Shown here: positions 16,616 to 26,013 of the stretch, piece by piece
Layout of the letters: every line of letters begins with the position of its first letter
How positions within the stretch are numbered: the first letter of the stretch is position 1
Assembly (NCBI GenBank): GCA_017527065.1
Contig: JAFXQO010000073.1
Span: 1,693 to 65,692, forward strand
Reading direction: 5' to 3'
Origin: Clostridia bacterium
Lineage (GTDB): Bacteria > Bacillota > Clostridia > Christensenellales > Aristaeellaceae
Length of the DNA: 64,000 bases
Position numbers and translations under genes: made by a program
The notes under the pieces: model-generated
Databases searched by the model: none
What the model was told of the DNA's origin: nothing
What the model saw: the letters and a program-made list of their open reading frames with translations, nothing else

Positions 16616-19009
16616 ATGAAACTGCCTATGAAGTGGCTGAAGGAATATACCGAGATCAATCTGCCCGCGCAGGAATACGCCGAGAAGATGGTCATGGCGG
16701 GCAACGGCGTGGAGGGCGTCGAGAACACCGGAGACCTGTTCGACAAGGTGGTCGTGGGCCACGTGCTCAGCTGCGAGGACATCGAGGGCACCCATCTGCA
16801 CCTGTGCATGGTGGACGTGGGCCAGGCGGAGCCCTTACAGATCGTGTGCGGCGCGCCGAACGTGAAGGCCGGCGCCTGGGTCTGCGCGGCGCTGGACGGC
16901 GCGCGTCTGCCCGGCGGCGTGAAGATCAAGAAGGGCAAGCTGCGGGGCTATGTGTCCAACGGCATGCTGTGCTCCGGGCCGGAGCTGGACGTGCCCGCCG
17001 GCCTCTATCCGCATTGCGGCGAGGAGGGCATCATCCTGCTGAACGAGGAATACGCCCCCGGCACCGACGTGAAAGAGGTGTTCCACCTGGGCGACGACGT
17101 GATCGACTTCGAGGTGCTGGCCAACCGGCCCGACTGCCTGAGCGTGTGGGGCCTGGCCCGGGAGAGCGCCGCCGTGCTGGACACCCACTGCGTCATGCCC
17201 GAGATCGCCGTGGAGGAGGCGGAGGGCGTGGACGCGTTCGACGACTACGCCAAGATCGCGGTCGAGGACGACGAACTGTGCCCGCGCTACTGCGCCCGCG
17301 TGATCAAAAACGTGAAGATCGGCCCCTCGCCCATGTGGATGCGCGAGTACCTCTACGGCGCGGGCGTGCGCCCGATCAACAACATCGTGGACATCACCAA
17401 CTTCGTCATGCTGGAGACCGGCCATCCGATGCACGCCTTCGACCTCTCCAGGGTGCGGGGCCGCAGGATCGTCGTTCGCCGCGCCCACGAGGGCGAGCCG
17501 CTCACCACGCTGGACGGCAAGGAATACACCCTCACGGAAAACATGCTCGTGATCGCGGACGCGGAGCGCGCCACCGGCCTGGCCGGCATCATGGGCGGCG
17601 AGGAGAGCGAGATCGTGGAGAGCACCACGGACGTGCTGTTCGAGTGCGCCGCCTTCGACCGCACCAACAACCGCCTCACCTCCCGCGCCCTGGGCATCCG
17701 CACCGAGTCCAGCGGCCGGTTCGAGAAGGGCGTGTGCGTGCGCACCACCATGGAGGCCCTGGACCGCGCCTGCATGCTGGTGAACATGCTGGAATGCGGC
17801 GACGTGGTGCCCGGCGCCTTCGATCACTACCCGAACCCGCTGAACCCGCAGGTCATCGACGCGGACGTGAACCGCATCAACCGGCGCATTTCCTGCCGTC
17901 TCTCCGCCTCCGAAATGGAGGACATCCTGGAGCGGCTGGGCTTCGAGGTCGAGGTGAGCGGCGACGAGCTCTCCTGCACCGTGCCCGAATGGCGCATGGA
18001 CCTGGAGACCGACGCGGACATCTCCGAGGAGGTGCTGCGGCTGTACGGCTACGACAAGATCCCCTCCACGCTGATGACCGGCGTGACCATGGCCGGCCAC
18101 CGCAGCGAAAAGCAGGCGCTCCTCGACATCGTGAAAAACAGCCTGGTGAGCATGGGCTATTTCGAGGCGCTGAACTTCTCGTTCATCTCGCCCAAGTGGA
18201 TCGCCGCGCTGAACCTGCCCGAGGACGACCCGCGCCGCCGCTTCGTCACCATCCGCAATCCCCTGGGCGAGGACACCAGCGTCATGCGCACCACCCTCGT
18301 CCCCTCCATGCTGAACACCCTCGCCCTGAACATCAACCGCGGCAACGCGGAGGGCCGCCTGTTCGAGGCCGCGCCGGTGTTCTCCGAGGGCAAAACCGAC
18401 ACCACCGCCGCCACCGAGAAGCCCAGCCTGTGCCTGGGCCTGTACGGCGAGAAGGCCGACTTCTACGCCCTGCGGGACGCGGTCGTGTGCCTGCTGGGCC
18501 AGTTCGGCATCAAGCCCGCCGTGTCCGCCGGCGGCGACGGCTACTACCATCCCGGCCGCAAGGCCGTGCTCACCGTGGGCGAAACCGTGATCGCGCGGGT
18601 GGGCGAGATCCATCCGGACGTGGCCGGGGCCTTCGACATCGACGGCCGCGTGTACGTGGCCGAGGTGGACCTGAGCCTGGTTCCCGCGCTGGCGCGGCCC
18701 ATTCCCGCCGTGCAGCCCCTGCCCCGCTTCCCCGCTGTGACCCGCGACATCGCGCTGGTGATGGGCGAGGCGGTGGAGGTGGGTCCGGTGATGGACGCCA
18801 TCGTCAGGGCCGGCGGCAGGCTCATCGAAGAGGTGCGCCTGTTCGACATCTACCGCGGCGAAAAGCTGGGCCAGGACAAGAAGAGCGTGGCCTTCGCGCT
18901 GAGCTTCCGCGCGGCGGACCGAACCCTCACGGACGCCGAGATCGCCGCCGCGATGGACAAGATCCTCGCCGCCTGCCGCGACGGCTTCGGCGCCGAGCTG
19001 AGAAGCTGA
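16616..19009 (+). CDS. pheT: phenylalanine--tRNA ligase beta subunit
   Basis: GGGAGGA SD followed by ATG at 16616 (MKLPMKWLKEYTEINL). tRNA-binding, B3/4, B5 and FDX-ACB domain order is recognisable. Confidence 0.95.
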   Translation: MKLPMKWLKEYTEINLPAQEYAEKMVMAGNGVEGVENTGDLFDKVVVGHVLSCEDIEGTHLHLCMVDVGQAEPLQIVCGAPNVKAGAWVCAALDGARLPGGVKIKKGKLRGYVSNGMLCSGPELDVPAGLYPHCGEEGIILLNEEYAPGTDVKEVFHLGDDVIDFEVLANRPDCLSVWGLARESAAVLDTHCVMPEIAVEEAEGVDAFDDYAKIAVEDDELCPRYCARVIKNVKIGPSPMWMREYLYGAGVRPINNIVDITNFVMLETGHPMHAFDLSRVRGRRIVVRRAHEGEPLTTLDGKEYTLTENMLVIADAERATGLAGIMGGEESEIVESTTDVLFECAAFDRTNNRLTSRALGIRTESSGRFEKGVCVRTTMEALDRACMLVNMLECGDVVPGAFDHYPNPLNPQVIDADVNRINRRISCRLSASEMEDILERLGFEVEVSGDELSCTVPEWRMDLETDADISEEVLRLYGYDKIPSTLMTGVTMAGHRSEKQALLDIVKNSLVSMGYFEALNFSFISPKWIAALNLPEDDPRRRFVTIRNPLGEDTSVMRTTLVPSMLNTLALNINRGNAEGRLFEAAPVFSEGKTDTTAATEKPSLCLGLYGEKADFYALRDAVVCLLGQFGIKPAVSAGGDGYYHPGRKAVLTVGETVIARVGEIHPDVAGAFDIDGRVYVAEVDLSLVPALARPIPAVQPLPRFPAVTRDIALVMGEAVEVGPVMDAIVRAGGRLIEEVRLFDIYRGEKLGQDKKSVAFALSFRAADRTLTDAEIAAAMDKILAACRDGFGAELRS

Positions 19010-19019
19010 CGATACCCCG

Positions 19020-19075
19020 CGATTCGCAATCCGCGGCCGTCCTACAGCCGCGGATTGCGAATCGTTTATTGTTAT
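19020..19075 (+). terminator. rho-independent terminator after pheT (18-bp perfect stem)
   Basis: CGATTCGCAATCCGCGGC (19020-19037) pairs with GCCGCGGATTGCGAATCG (19047-19064), followed by TTTATTGTTATT. Confidence 0.75.
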
Positions 19076-19103
19076 TACTGAAAGAAAAAGGAGGCATGCC
19101 GCC

Positions 19104-20015
19104 ATGACGAGATCAGGACAGGCCAGGAAGTTTGCCCGAAGGACGCTGGGCAAGACCGGCGGCGCGACGCGCCGGGTGCTGTGCGTCCAGATGGCGCTGT
19201 ACACGCTCATCATCGCCGCCGCGGCCGCGCTGTTTGAGCTGGACGCCCGGGGCGTCCTGCCGCTGGGGGCGTACAGGCCGTATCTTCTGCCCTGCGCCGT
19301 GTACCTCGCGTCGCTCACGAACCTGCTCATCAACGCGCCGCTGACGGCCATCGCCCGCAAGAGCGGCGACGGCGCGTTCTCCCGCCTGAATTTCGGCCGC
19401 GCGCTCATCGCGATTCTGCTGCCCGTTCTGCACGCCGCTGCCTGCTGGGGCCTCGGCCTGCTCGCGGGGCTTGGCCAGGCGCAATCCGAGCGGATCACGG
19501 CCTGGTTCAACGACTGGGTGCTGAAAACGCTGGGCAACGAGATCATCGCCGGATGCGGGGCGGCTGCGGCGCTGCTGCTGATCGTCTACCTGTGCGGCGT
19601 GATCGGCGTGTTCACGCGGCAGATGATGCTGTACATGGCCGACAAGCCGGATAGGATGGACGGCGGGAGCGTGGGCCAGATTGCGGCCAACGGCTTCGCC
19701 TACGGTTTCGCGCCGGTGCTGATGGTCATCCGCTCGCTGTTCTGGTTCCTGCTGATCCTGATCGTGACGGCGGCGCTGCTGGGCGGGGCGTGCCTGATCA
19801 CCGCGCCGGAGCCCATCGCCTTCACTGGCGGCTGGCAGGAGATCGCGGCGGCCTTCTGGAGGGCGCTGGCCGCGCTGCCGGCTTGGGCCGTGGGCGCGTC
19901 GCTGGCGCTGGGCTGCGTGTGGATACTGGGCCTGGGGCTGATCTTCTGGCCGCGCTTCGCCATGATGCGCCTCTACTACCACCGCCTGGTCATGCGCGAC
20001 ACGGAGGTGATGTAG
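19104..20015 (+). CDS. hypothetical polytopic membrane protein
   Basis: GGAGG lies 9 nt upstream of the ATG. 303 aa with several long hydrophobic segments. I cannot name the family with confidence (possibly DUF975-like). Confidence 0.65.
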   Translation: MTRSGQARKFARRTLGKTGGATRRVLCVQMALYTLIIAAAAALFELDARGVLPLGAYRPYLLPCAVYLASLTNLLINAPLTAIARKSGDGAFSRLNFGRALIAILLPVLHAAACWGLGLLAGLGQAQSERITAWFNDWVLKTLGNEIIAGCGAAAALLLIVYLCGVIGVFTRQMMLYMADKPDRMDGGSVGQIAANGFAYGFAPVLMVIRSLFWFLLILIVTAALLGGACLITAPEPIAFTGGWQEIAAAFWRALAALPAWAVGASLALGCVWILGLGLIFWPRFAMMRLYYHRLVMRDTEVM

Positions 20016-20042
20016 CGGAGCCGGAGGCTCCGCTGCATCAAT

Positions 20043-20073
20043 GGGGAATTGGGAATGGGGAATGGGGAATTGG
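20043..20073. repeat. tandem heptamer array GGGGAAT TGGGAAT GGGGAAT GGGGAAT TGG
   Basis: Read directly from the sequence. It has the same xxGGAAT x4 layout as the arms of the 16435-16578 element. Confidence 0.85.
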
Positions 20074-20094
20074 AGAACGGCCTCTGACGCGGGG

Positions 20095-20499
20095 TCAGCG
20101 GGCGGTTGCCCGGCGGCGGGCGGGGAGATTCGCCGCGAGGGCGCCGAAGAGCGAGCCCAGCAGCAGCCCCATGGCCATCTCGATGACCAGCATCCGCGCC
20201 GTGACCAGGGCCAGGCCGCTCAGGGCCGTCAGGCCGTAGCCCAGCGCGATGTAGACGAGCCCCACGCATCCGCCGAGGGCCAGGCCCCGCCGCCCGCCGG
20301 GCTTCACGGCGATGAGCGCCCCCAGGCCGATGGCCGCGATCTTCAGCGCCTGGTTCAGCATGATGAGGGCCCTGTCGCCCAGCCGCGCCCAAACCACCAG
20401 CGCCGCCAGGATCAGCATGCCGGCCAGCGTCAGGGCGATCGCCGCGCCCAGTCCCCGCGCTATCGCGCGCACCGCGTCTCTTCTCAAAACCTGCGACAT
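20095..20499 (-). CDS. small membrane protein (TIGR04086/YrzE-like)
   Basis: Three or four TM helices rich in G/A/L. I prefer the start MSQVLRRD at 20499, with GAGAGG 8 nt upstream. The track ORF extends to 20580. Confidence 0.6.
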   Translation of the reverse strand: MSQVLRRDAVRAIARGLGAAIALTLAGMLILAALVVWARLGDRALIMLNQALKIAAIGLGALIAVKPGGRRGLALGGCVGLVYIALGYGLTALSGLALVTARMLVIEMAMGLLLGSLFGALAANLPARRRATAR

Positions 20500-20697
20500 A
20501 TCCATCACCTCTCTGGCGCCATGATATGCCCGCGGGCTTGTCATCATGCGTTTTCGGCTTCTCATTGATTGCGATTCCACAAATCATCCCAAAGAATTAG
20601 CAACGATTTCATTGCTTTTTTCGTCATAAGAATGTATGATATGGGCGTGGTTTCAAGACATGCCGCACGACCAAACCAACACAAGAGGAGGAAAACC

Positions 20698-22176
20698 ATG
20701 AAGAATCATTTCAACCGCGCATTCGCGCTGATCGTGGCCCTGCTGGTGCTCTGCGCCCCCATGGCCATGGCCGACGACCTGGAGATCCCGGCCGTCAACC
20801 TTTCCCTCGCCCTGAGCAACTTCCGGGTGCAGATCGGCGATCAGCTGGACGCCACCGTTGACATCACCGCGCAGATCGACCTGACCGCCGACCTGACCGC
20901 AGGCGACTTCGCCGGCACGCTGACCGCTCTGGCCGGCGAAGAAAAGGCCATCAAGGGTGGCTTCGCCTTCGATCCCGCCACCATGAACCTCACCGCCGCC
21001 CTCGAGGGCGCGACCGACGCCGTGCTGCTGCCCATGGGCGAGATCATTGAATCGGTCCAGGCGAGCATGAGCAGCGCCACCTCCGAAGGCATGGACCTGG
21101 AGACCGTTGAGAAGATCGCCAACGTGGCCACGAACCTGGTGGCCGCCGCCGAGAACGCCGACGCCGAAGCCTTCACCGGGCTCGTTATGACCTGGATCGG
21201 CGATCAGATCACCGGCGTTGAGGAAGGCGTCTCCCTCACGGTGGACGACGTGGAGATCACCGCGGACCGCTATGACTTTGAAGTGACCCTGCAGGAGCTG
21301 GCGGCCCTGGCCGGCGACCTGGCGAAGACCGTTCAGGCCGATCCCGACCTGACCGCCGCGATCCAGGACTACATCGACCTGATCCTCGAGATGTCCGGCG
21401 AGGAGGTCGAGATTGACCTCGCCACCATGGACGTCGACGCCCTGCTGGAGCAGATCCCCGAGGACGAAGTCATGACCCTGGCCGGCAGCCTGTATGTGAA
21501 CGGCGAGGAAGGCCATGTGGTGCTCGACATGACCGTGACCGCTACCGAGGATGACGAGACCGTCGTCGTGCCCTATCAGGTGATCGTGCTGAACATGGGT
21601 GACTACACCTATGTCAGCTACGCCACCGAGTTTGAGGAAGACGGCGAAACCGTGACCCTGACCGTTGACGTGAACGCCACCAACGACGACAAGGCCGTGT
21701 TCGACGTGAATGTGGCCCAGACCACCGACGGCGACGACGGCTCCGAATACGTCGGCTTTACCCTCAGCGTGGACTGCAGCGACGGCGCGGACATCACCCT
21801 GTACGTGGAGAACAGCTCCGAATACACCTACGGCGATGAGACCTACAACGCCCTGACCGCCTTCGGCGTCAACTACACCGGCACCACCATCGAGGATGAG
21901 ACCGGCGTCGCCGCCACCGGCACGCTGACCTTCTACCTGAACCAGGATGGCCAGGAGATGACCTTCGCGGCCGACACGCTGGCCGCCCTGACCGCCGACA
22001 GCTACGTCACCTTCGACATGCCCAACAACGTCATCGACCTCGCCCAGGCCGACGACGACACCATGGAAGCCCTCGGCGAGGAGTACATGCAGGTGCTGTA
22101 CACCGGCCTGACGAGCCTGATGAGCGCCCCCGGCATCGAGGACCTCTCTCCCGTGCTCGGCGGCCTGATGGGCTGA
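20698..22176 (+). CDS. secreted, extremely acidic protein of unknown function
   Basis: AGGAGGA SD followed by ATG at 20698. The signal peptide is MKNHFNRAFALIVALLVLCAPMAMADD. The body is rich in D/E/T/V/A with very few K/R. A strong terminator follows. Confidence 0.75.
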   Translation: MKNHFNRAFALIVALLVLCAPMAMADDLEIPAVNLSLALSNFRVQIGDQLDATVDITAQIDLTADLTAGDFAGTLTALAGEEKAIKGGFAFDPATMNLTAALEGATDAVLLPMGEIIESVQASMSSATSEGMDLETVEKIANVATNLVAAAENADAEAFTGLVMTWIGDQITGVEEGVSLTVDDVEITADRYDFEVTLQELAALAGDLAKTVQADPDLTAAIQDYIDLILEMSGEEVEIDLATMDVDALLEQIPEDEVMTLAGSLYVNGEEGHVVLDMTVTATEDDETVVVPYQVIVLNMGDYTYVSYATEFEEDGETVTLTVDVNATNDDKAVFDVNVAQTTDGDDGSEYVGFTLSVDCSDGADITLYVENSSEYTYGDETYNALTAFGVNYTGTTIEDETGVAATGTLTFYLNQDGQEMTFAADTLAALTADSYVTFDMPNNVIDLAQADDDTMEALGEEYMQVLYTGLTSLMSAPGIEDLSPVLGGLMG

Positions 22177-22194
22177 TTCGACAATTAACCCCTT

Positions 22195-22230
22195 CCGGCG
22201 CTTCGCCCTTCGGCGAAGCGCCGGTTTTTT
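22195..22230 (+). terminator. rho-independent terminator
   Basis: CCGGCGCTTCGCC-CTTC-GGCGAAGCGCCGG followed by TTTTTT. Confidence 0.85.
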
Positions 22231-22340
22231 GAAAGTCAGAGGGGATTTATGCGAAAATTGGGACTTCACAGAGCCGGAAGGTTATGTTATAATCTGAACG
22301 AAGGGGACACCCCTACATGCGAAAATGGGAGGTAATACTC

Positions 22341-23513
22341 ATGGGCAACAACAACGCTGATGCGGTCCTGAGCCAGTTTACTCAGGCCATCGAAGAGGAA
22401 GCCGTCGACACGTCCAGGAAACTCAAGGTCGGCATCATCGGCACCGGCTGGATCGCCGAGTCCCATATTCAGAGCTACAAGAACATGCCCGACGTCGAAA
22501 TCGTCGCCGCGGCCGACCTGATCCCCGGCAAGGCCGAAGCGTTCATGAAGAAGTTCGGCGTCGAGGGCGTCCGCTTCTATCCCAGCCACAAGGAAATGAT
22601 CGACAGCGAAGAACTGGACGCGGTCTCCGTGTGCACCTACAACACCGCCCACTGCGCGCCCACCGTGTACGCCCTGGAGCACGGCATCAACGTGCTGCTG
22701 GAGAAGCCCTTCTCCGTGACCACCGAAGAGGCCGTCGAGATGATGCGCGCCGAGAAGAAGAGCGGCAAGGTGCTCTCCATTGGCTTCCAGCCCCGCGGAG
22801 ATGAGAACATGCAGATGATCAAGAAGGTCGTGCAGAGCGGCGTGCTGGGCGACATCTACTACATCCAGACCGGCGGCGGCCGCCGCCGCGGCATCCCGAA
22901 CAGCACCTTCATCGAAAAGTCCACCGGCGGCATCGGCGCGCTGGGCGACATCGGCTGCTATTCTCTGGACGTGGTGCTCAACGCCATCGGCTATCCGAAG
23001 CCCCTCACCGTGACCGGCTACAAGAGCGACTTCTTCGGCAAGAACCCGAAGTACGCCACGCCGGATAAGTTCCACACCGCCGAGGAGAACGCCGCGCGCT
23101 TCTCCGTCGACGACTTCGCGGCCGCGTTCGTGCGCCTGGAGGGCGGCATCATCCTGGACTTCCGCATCTCCTGTGCCATGCACGCCGACACCCCCGGCGA
23201 CACCATCATCTTCGGCAAGGAAGGCGCGCTGCGCATTCCCTCCACCGACTGCTGGAACGGCACCTTCACCAGCCCCATGACGCTGTATCACGACGTCGCC
23301 GGCAAGCAGGTTGAGACCGTCATCCCGCTGATTCCCCACAGGGGCCCCGGCCTGTTCGACATCAAGATCCGCGGTTTCCTGGACGCGATCAAGTACAACC
23401 GTCCCGCGCCCGTGCCCACCAGCGAGATCCTCTACAACCAGGCCATCATCGACCACATCTGCAAGTCCGCCGAGCTGGGCCATGAGATCGAGGTCGAAAT
23501 TCCCGAAATCTGA
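22341..23513 (+). CDS. Gfo/Idh/MocA-family oxidoreductase
   Basis: GGGAGG SD followed by ATG at 22341. Rossmann motif KVGIIGTGWIAESH and EKP motif LLEKPFS. Confidence 0.85.
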   Translation: MGNNNADAVLSQFTQAIEEEAVDTSRKLKVGIIGTGWIAESHIQSYKNMPDVEIVAAADLIPGKAEAFMKKFGVEGVRFYPSHKEMIDSEELDAVSVCTYNTAHCAPTVYALEHGINVLLEKPFSVTTEEAVEMMRAEKKSGKVLSIGFQPRGDENMQMIKKVVQSGVLGDIYYIQTGGGRRRGIPNSTFIEKSTGGIGALGDIGCYSLDVVLNAIGYPKPLTVTGYKSDFFGKNPKYATPDKFHTAEENAARFSVDDFAAAFVRLEGGIILDFRISCAMHADTPGDTIIFGKEGALRIPSTDCWNGTFTSPMTLYHDVAGKQVETVIPLIPHRGPGLFDIKIRGFLDAIKYNRPAPVPTSEILYNQAIIDHICKSAELGHEIEVEIPEI

Positions 23514-23535
23514 CAAACCGCACCGCCGAACGCAT

Positions 23536-23571
23536 AAAAAATCCCCGACCCGCTCCGGGCCGGGGATTTTT
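23536..23571. terminator. bidirectional terminator between convergent genes
   Basis: AAAAAATCCCCGACCCGCTCCGGGCCGGGGATTTTT, with an A-run and a T-run flanking the stem. Confidence 0.75.
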
Positions 23572-23574
23572 CGG

Positions 23575-24099
23575 TCACTGCATCGTGGTCACGTTGCGCA
23601 CGATGGTGTCCACGCGGGATTCGGCGTCCGCGTCCAGCGCGCCGCCGCCCAGCGAATCGGCGATTGAGAAGATGGTATCCACATCCTCCTTCTCGCTGGT
23701 CACGGCCACCACCTGGATGTTGGGGTCGGCCTCTTTCACCACGCCGGCGATGAGGTTCTGGATGCGCTGGGTCATCTGGCCCTGGTACTCCCTGGCGAAG
23801 GTGACGCCCACCAGCGCGGTGCTGCCGGTGGTCACGACGCGGCTGGTCTCGATCTCGCTGAGCAGGTCGATCTTTTCCTCAACCGCGGTGCGGCCGGTGA
23901 TCCAGTCGTAGGCGTTCTGCGCGGCGGACGTGGCCTGCGGCATCACCGAGGCGCCCTCCGTCGGCTGGGGCGCGGCGTCGCGATCGCTGTCGCTGCCCGG
24001 CAGGCGGCCGGCGGCGTTCATGCAGCCCGCCAGCGCGGCGGCCGCCAGCAGCGCGCAGGCGATGATGAGAAATCCCTTGCGTTTCAAAGACATAATCAT
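23575..24099 (-). CDS. YhcN/YlaJ-family sporulation lipoprotein
   Basis: Lipobox LAGC after a signal sequence. The C-terminal part resembles YhcN/YlaJ (VVTTGSTALVGVTF..., QVVAVTS...). Confidence 0.65.
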   Translation of the reverse strand: MIMSLKRKGFLIIACALLAAAALAGCMNAAGRLPGSDSDRDAAPQPTEGASVMPQATSAAQNAYDWITGRTAVEEKIDLLSEIETSRVVTTGSTALVGVTFAREYQGQMTQRIQNLIAGVVKEADPNIQVVAVTSEKEDVDTIFSIADSLGGGALDADAESRVDTIVRNVTTMQ

Positions 24100-24162
24100 A
24101 TCCCTCCCTTGCGAGCCTATTTTGCGCAGGGAGGGACGTTTTTAATCGCGCGGGGCGAAAAA

Positions 24163-25812
24163 TCATTTGTCTTCGCGATAGAAACAGCATCCGCCGATGA
24201 ATTCGCGTAAAATGGAATTGAGCGGGATCTCGTCCTCCACGTCGGCGGACTGGAAGTAATTGAGGAATTTGATCAGCCGGTGCGCCATGGTGTAGTAGGG
24301 GCTGGCGGGGGTGAGCCGGGTGAGCATCGGGTAGACGTATTTCTTCAGGATCGCCACCTCGTAGACCAGCGACGAGTTGAAGATCACGTCCGCCTCCTCC
24401 TGATAGGGGAAGATGTACTTCTCCTCGCCGTTGCGCACCGAGGGCCACATGGCCATAGTGTCCTCCGGCGCGGTGCCGCGGAAGTGGAAATCGCGCACCA
24501 TGCGGCGCAGCAGCCGCGCCTCGGTGGTGCGGATGCGGTTGTGGTCGTCCAGGTTGAGGGTGGTGAGGGCGCTGATGTACACCTTGAATTTCAGGTTGCG
24601 CGCCACGTCGCGGGTGAGCTCGTCGTTCAGGCCGTGGATGCCCTCGATGATGATGGGCTGGTCGCCGTCCACGTGCATGAGGTGGGTGGCGGCGGCGCGA
24701 CGGCCCGTCTTGAAGTCGTACAGCGGGACCTGGACCGGCTCGCCCTGCAGCAGGCGCACCAGGTGGTCGTTGAACAGCGCCACGTCGAGGGTGTCCAAGC
24801 GCTCGAAATCCCGGGTGCCGTCCGGCTCCAGGGGGATCTGATCCCGATCGAGGTAGTAGTCGTCCAGCGAGATGGCCACGGGCCGCAGCCCCAGCACCCG
24901 CAGCGCGATGGAGAGCCGGTTGGCGAAGGTGGTCTTGCCCGAGGAGGACGGCCCGGCGATGAGTATGACGCGCGCGCCGCTTGTCACGAATTCGTCGGCG
25001 ATGTGCGCGATGGAGCGCTCGTGCAGCGCCTCGTTGACGCGGATGAATTCGCGGATCTGGCCGCTCTGCGTGAGCGCGTTGAGGTCGGCGGTGTTGGAGC
25101 AGTGCAGTATGGCGTTCCAGCGGGCCGATTCGGCGAAGGTGTTCATGAGCTTCGGGAGCTGCCTGAGCGGCGCGACCTTCGCGGGGTCCTCCGGATCGGG
25201 CAGCAGCAGCACCAGGCCGGGCAGCTGCAGCTGCAGAGCGAACACCTGGATGCAGCCGGTGGAGGGGGCCATGACGCCGTAAAAATACTCCATCATGTCT
25301 CCCAGGCGGTAGAGCTGGAAGGTCTCGTAGGGGCGGTATTTGAGCAGGTTGACCTTGTCGGTCTCGCCGGTCTGCTCGAAATAGGCGATGGCGTCGCGCC
25401 GGGAGATGGCGTGGCGCACGAAGGGCATGTCCTCCTTCACGATCTCCCGCATGCGCGCCTCGATGACCCTGACGTCCGCGCCGGTGAGGGAGCGCCGGCT
25501 GTCGCGCACCTCGCAGTACACCCCGCCGCCCAGCGAGTGCTCGATGCGAACCCGCCGGTTCGGAAACAGCTCGCGCACGGCCAGCAGGAAGATGAACCGC
25601 AGCGACCGCTCGTAGATCAGCCGGCCCTCGGTGTCCCGGATGGTGATGAGAGAGGCGCTGTCGCCGTCCTTGGGACGGGCGGTGAGGCACAGCGTTTCGC
25701 CGCCCACGAGCACGCCCAGCGCGCCGGCGTCCGGCATGGCCCGCGCGATGATCTTCGCGTAGCTTTCGCCGTTTTCAAAGGCAATATCCTTTCCGTTCAG
25801 ATGAAGCAGCAT
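24163..25812 (-). CDS. uridine-kinase/PRK-family nucleoside kinase with an N-terminal TGS-like extension
   Basis: P-loop GPSSSGKTT is embedded about 290 aa into the protein. GGAGGAGG SD before the ATG at 25812 (MLLHLNGKD). The track ORF starts 13 codons earlier. Confidence 0.7.
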   Translation of the reverse strand: MLLHLNGKDIAFENGESYAKIIARAMPDAGALGVLVGGETLCLTARPKDGDSASLITIRDTEGRLIYERSLRFIFLLAVRELFPNRRVRIEHSLGGGVYCEVRDSRRSLTGADVRVIEARMREIVKEDMPFVRHAISRRDAIAYFEQTGETDKVNLLKYRPYETFQLYRLGDMMEYFYGVMAPSTGCIQVFALQLQLPGLVLLLPDPEDPAKVAPLRQLPKLMNTFAESARWNAILHCSNTADLNALTQSGQIREFIRVNEALHERSIAHIADEFVTSGARVILIAGPSSSGKTTFANRLSIALRVLGLRPVAISLDDYYLDRDQIPLEPDGTRDFERLDTLDVALFNDHLVRLLQGEPVQVPLYDFKTGRRAAATHLMHVDGDQPIIIEGIHGLNDELTRDVARNLKFKVYISALTTLNLDDHNRIRTTEARLLRRMVRDFHFRGTAPEDTMAMWPSVRNGEEKYIFPYQEEADVIFNSSLVYEVAILKKYVYPMLTRLTPASPYYTMAHRLIKFLNYFQSADVEDEIPLNSILREFIGGCCFYREDK

Positions 25813-25952
25813 GTCTCCGTCCTCCTCCCCGGCGGTGTGCCCGGAACGCATTTATTTGATAAAGAATTATCCTCATTAAACCACAAAAGCGGGGAAATGT
25901 CAATCGGCGCGGAAGGGCGGGAACAAGGCTCCTTCGTTCCGTTCATCCCGCC

Positions 25953-25981
25953 TTGACAAACGCGCCGGAAATCACTACAAT
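25953..25981 (+). promoter_or_regulatory. sigma-70 promoter (TTGACA, 17 nt spacer, TACAAT)
   Basis: TTGACA at 25953-25958 and TACAAT at 25976-25981, upstream of the GTG start at 26014. Confidence 0.6.
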
Positions 25982-26013
25982 GTAATATGGAATAAAATTG
26001 AGGAGGGAGCGCG

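Noticed and set aside
16494-16618. 41-codon ORF (MDAVGKTAPAGAAAPVTIIPNSKFQIPNSK...) inside the pheS-pheT palindrome
   Set aside because: The SD is weak, and the coding potential is dictated by the repeat arms. It is more parsimoniously non-coding.
16835-19546. 903-aa ORF antisense to pheT, plus the 824-aa alternative-frame ORF 16633-19107
   Set aside because: Both are R/G/A/P/H-rich low-complexity translations that fully overlap a confidently identified pheT. They have no SD or start context. Long open antisense or off-frame ORFs are expected in >60% GC DNA.
20653-22269. 538-aa ORF antisense to the acidic secreted protein
   Set aside because: The plus-strand gene has an SD, a signal peptide and a terminator. 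The antisense product is G/V/H/A-rich with no start signals.
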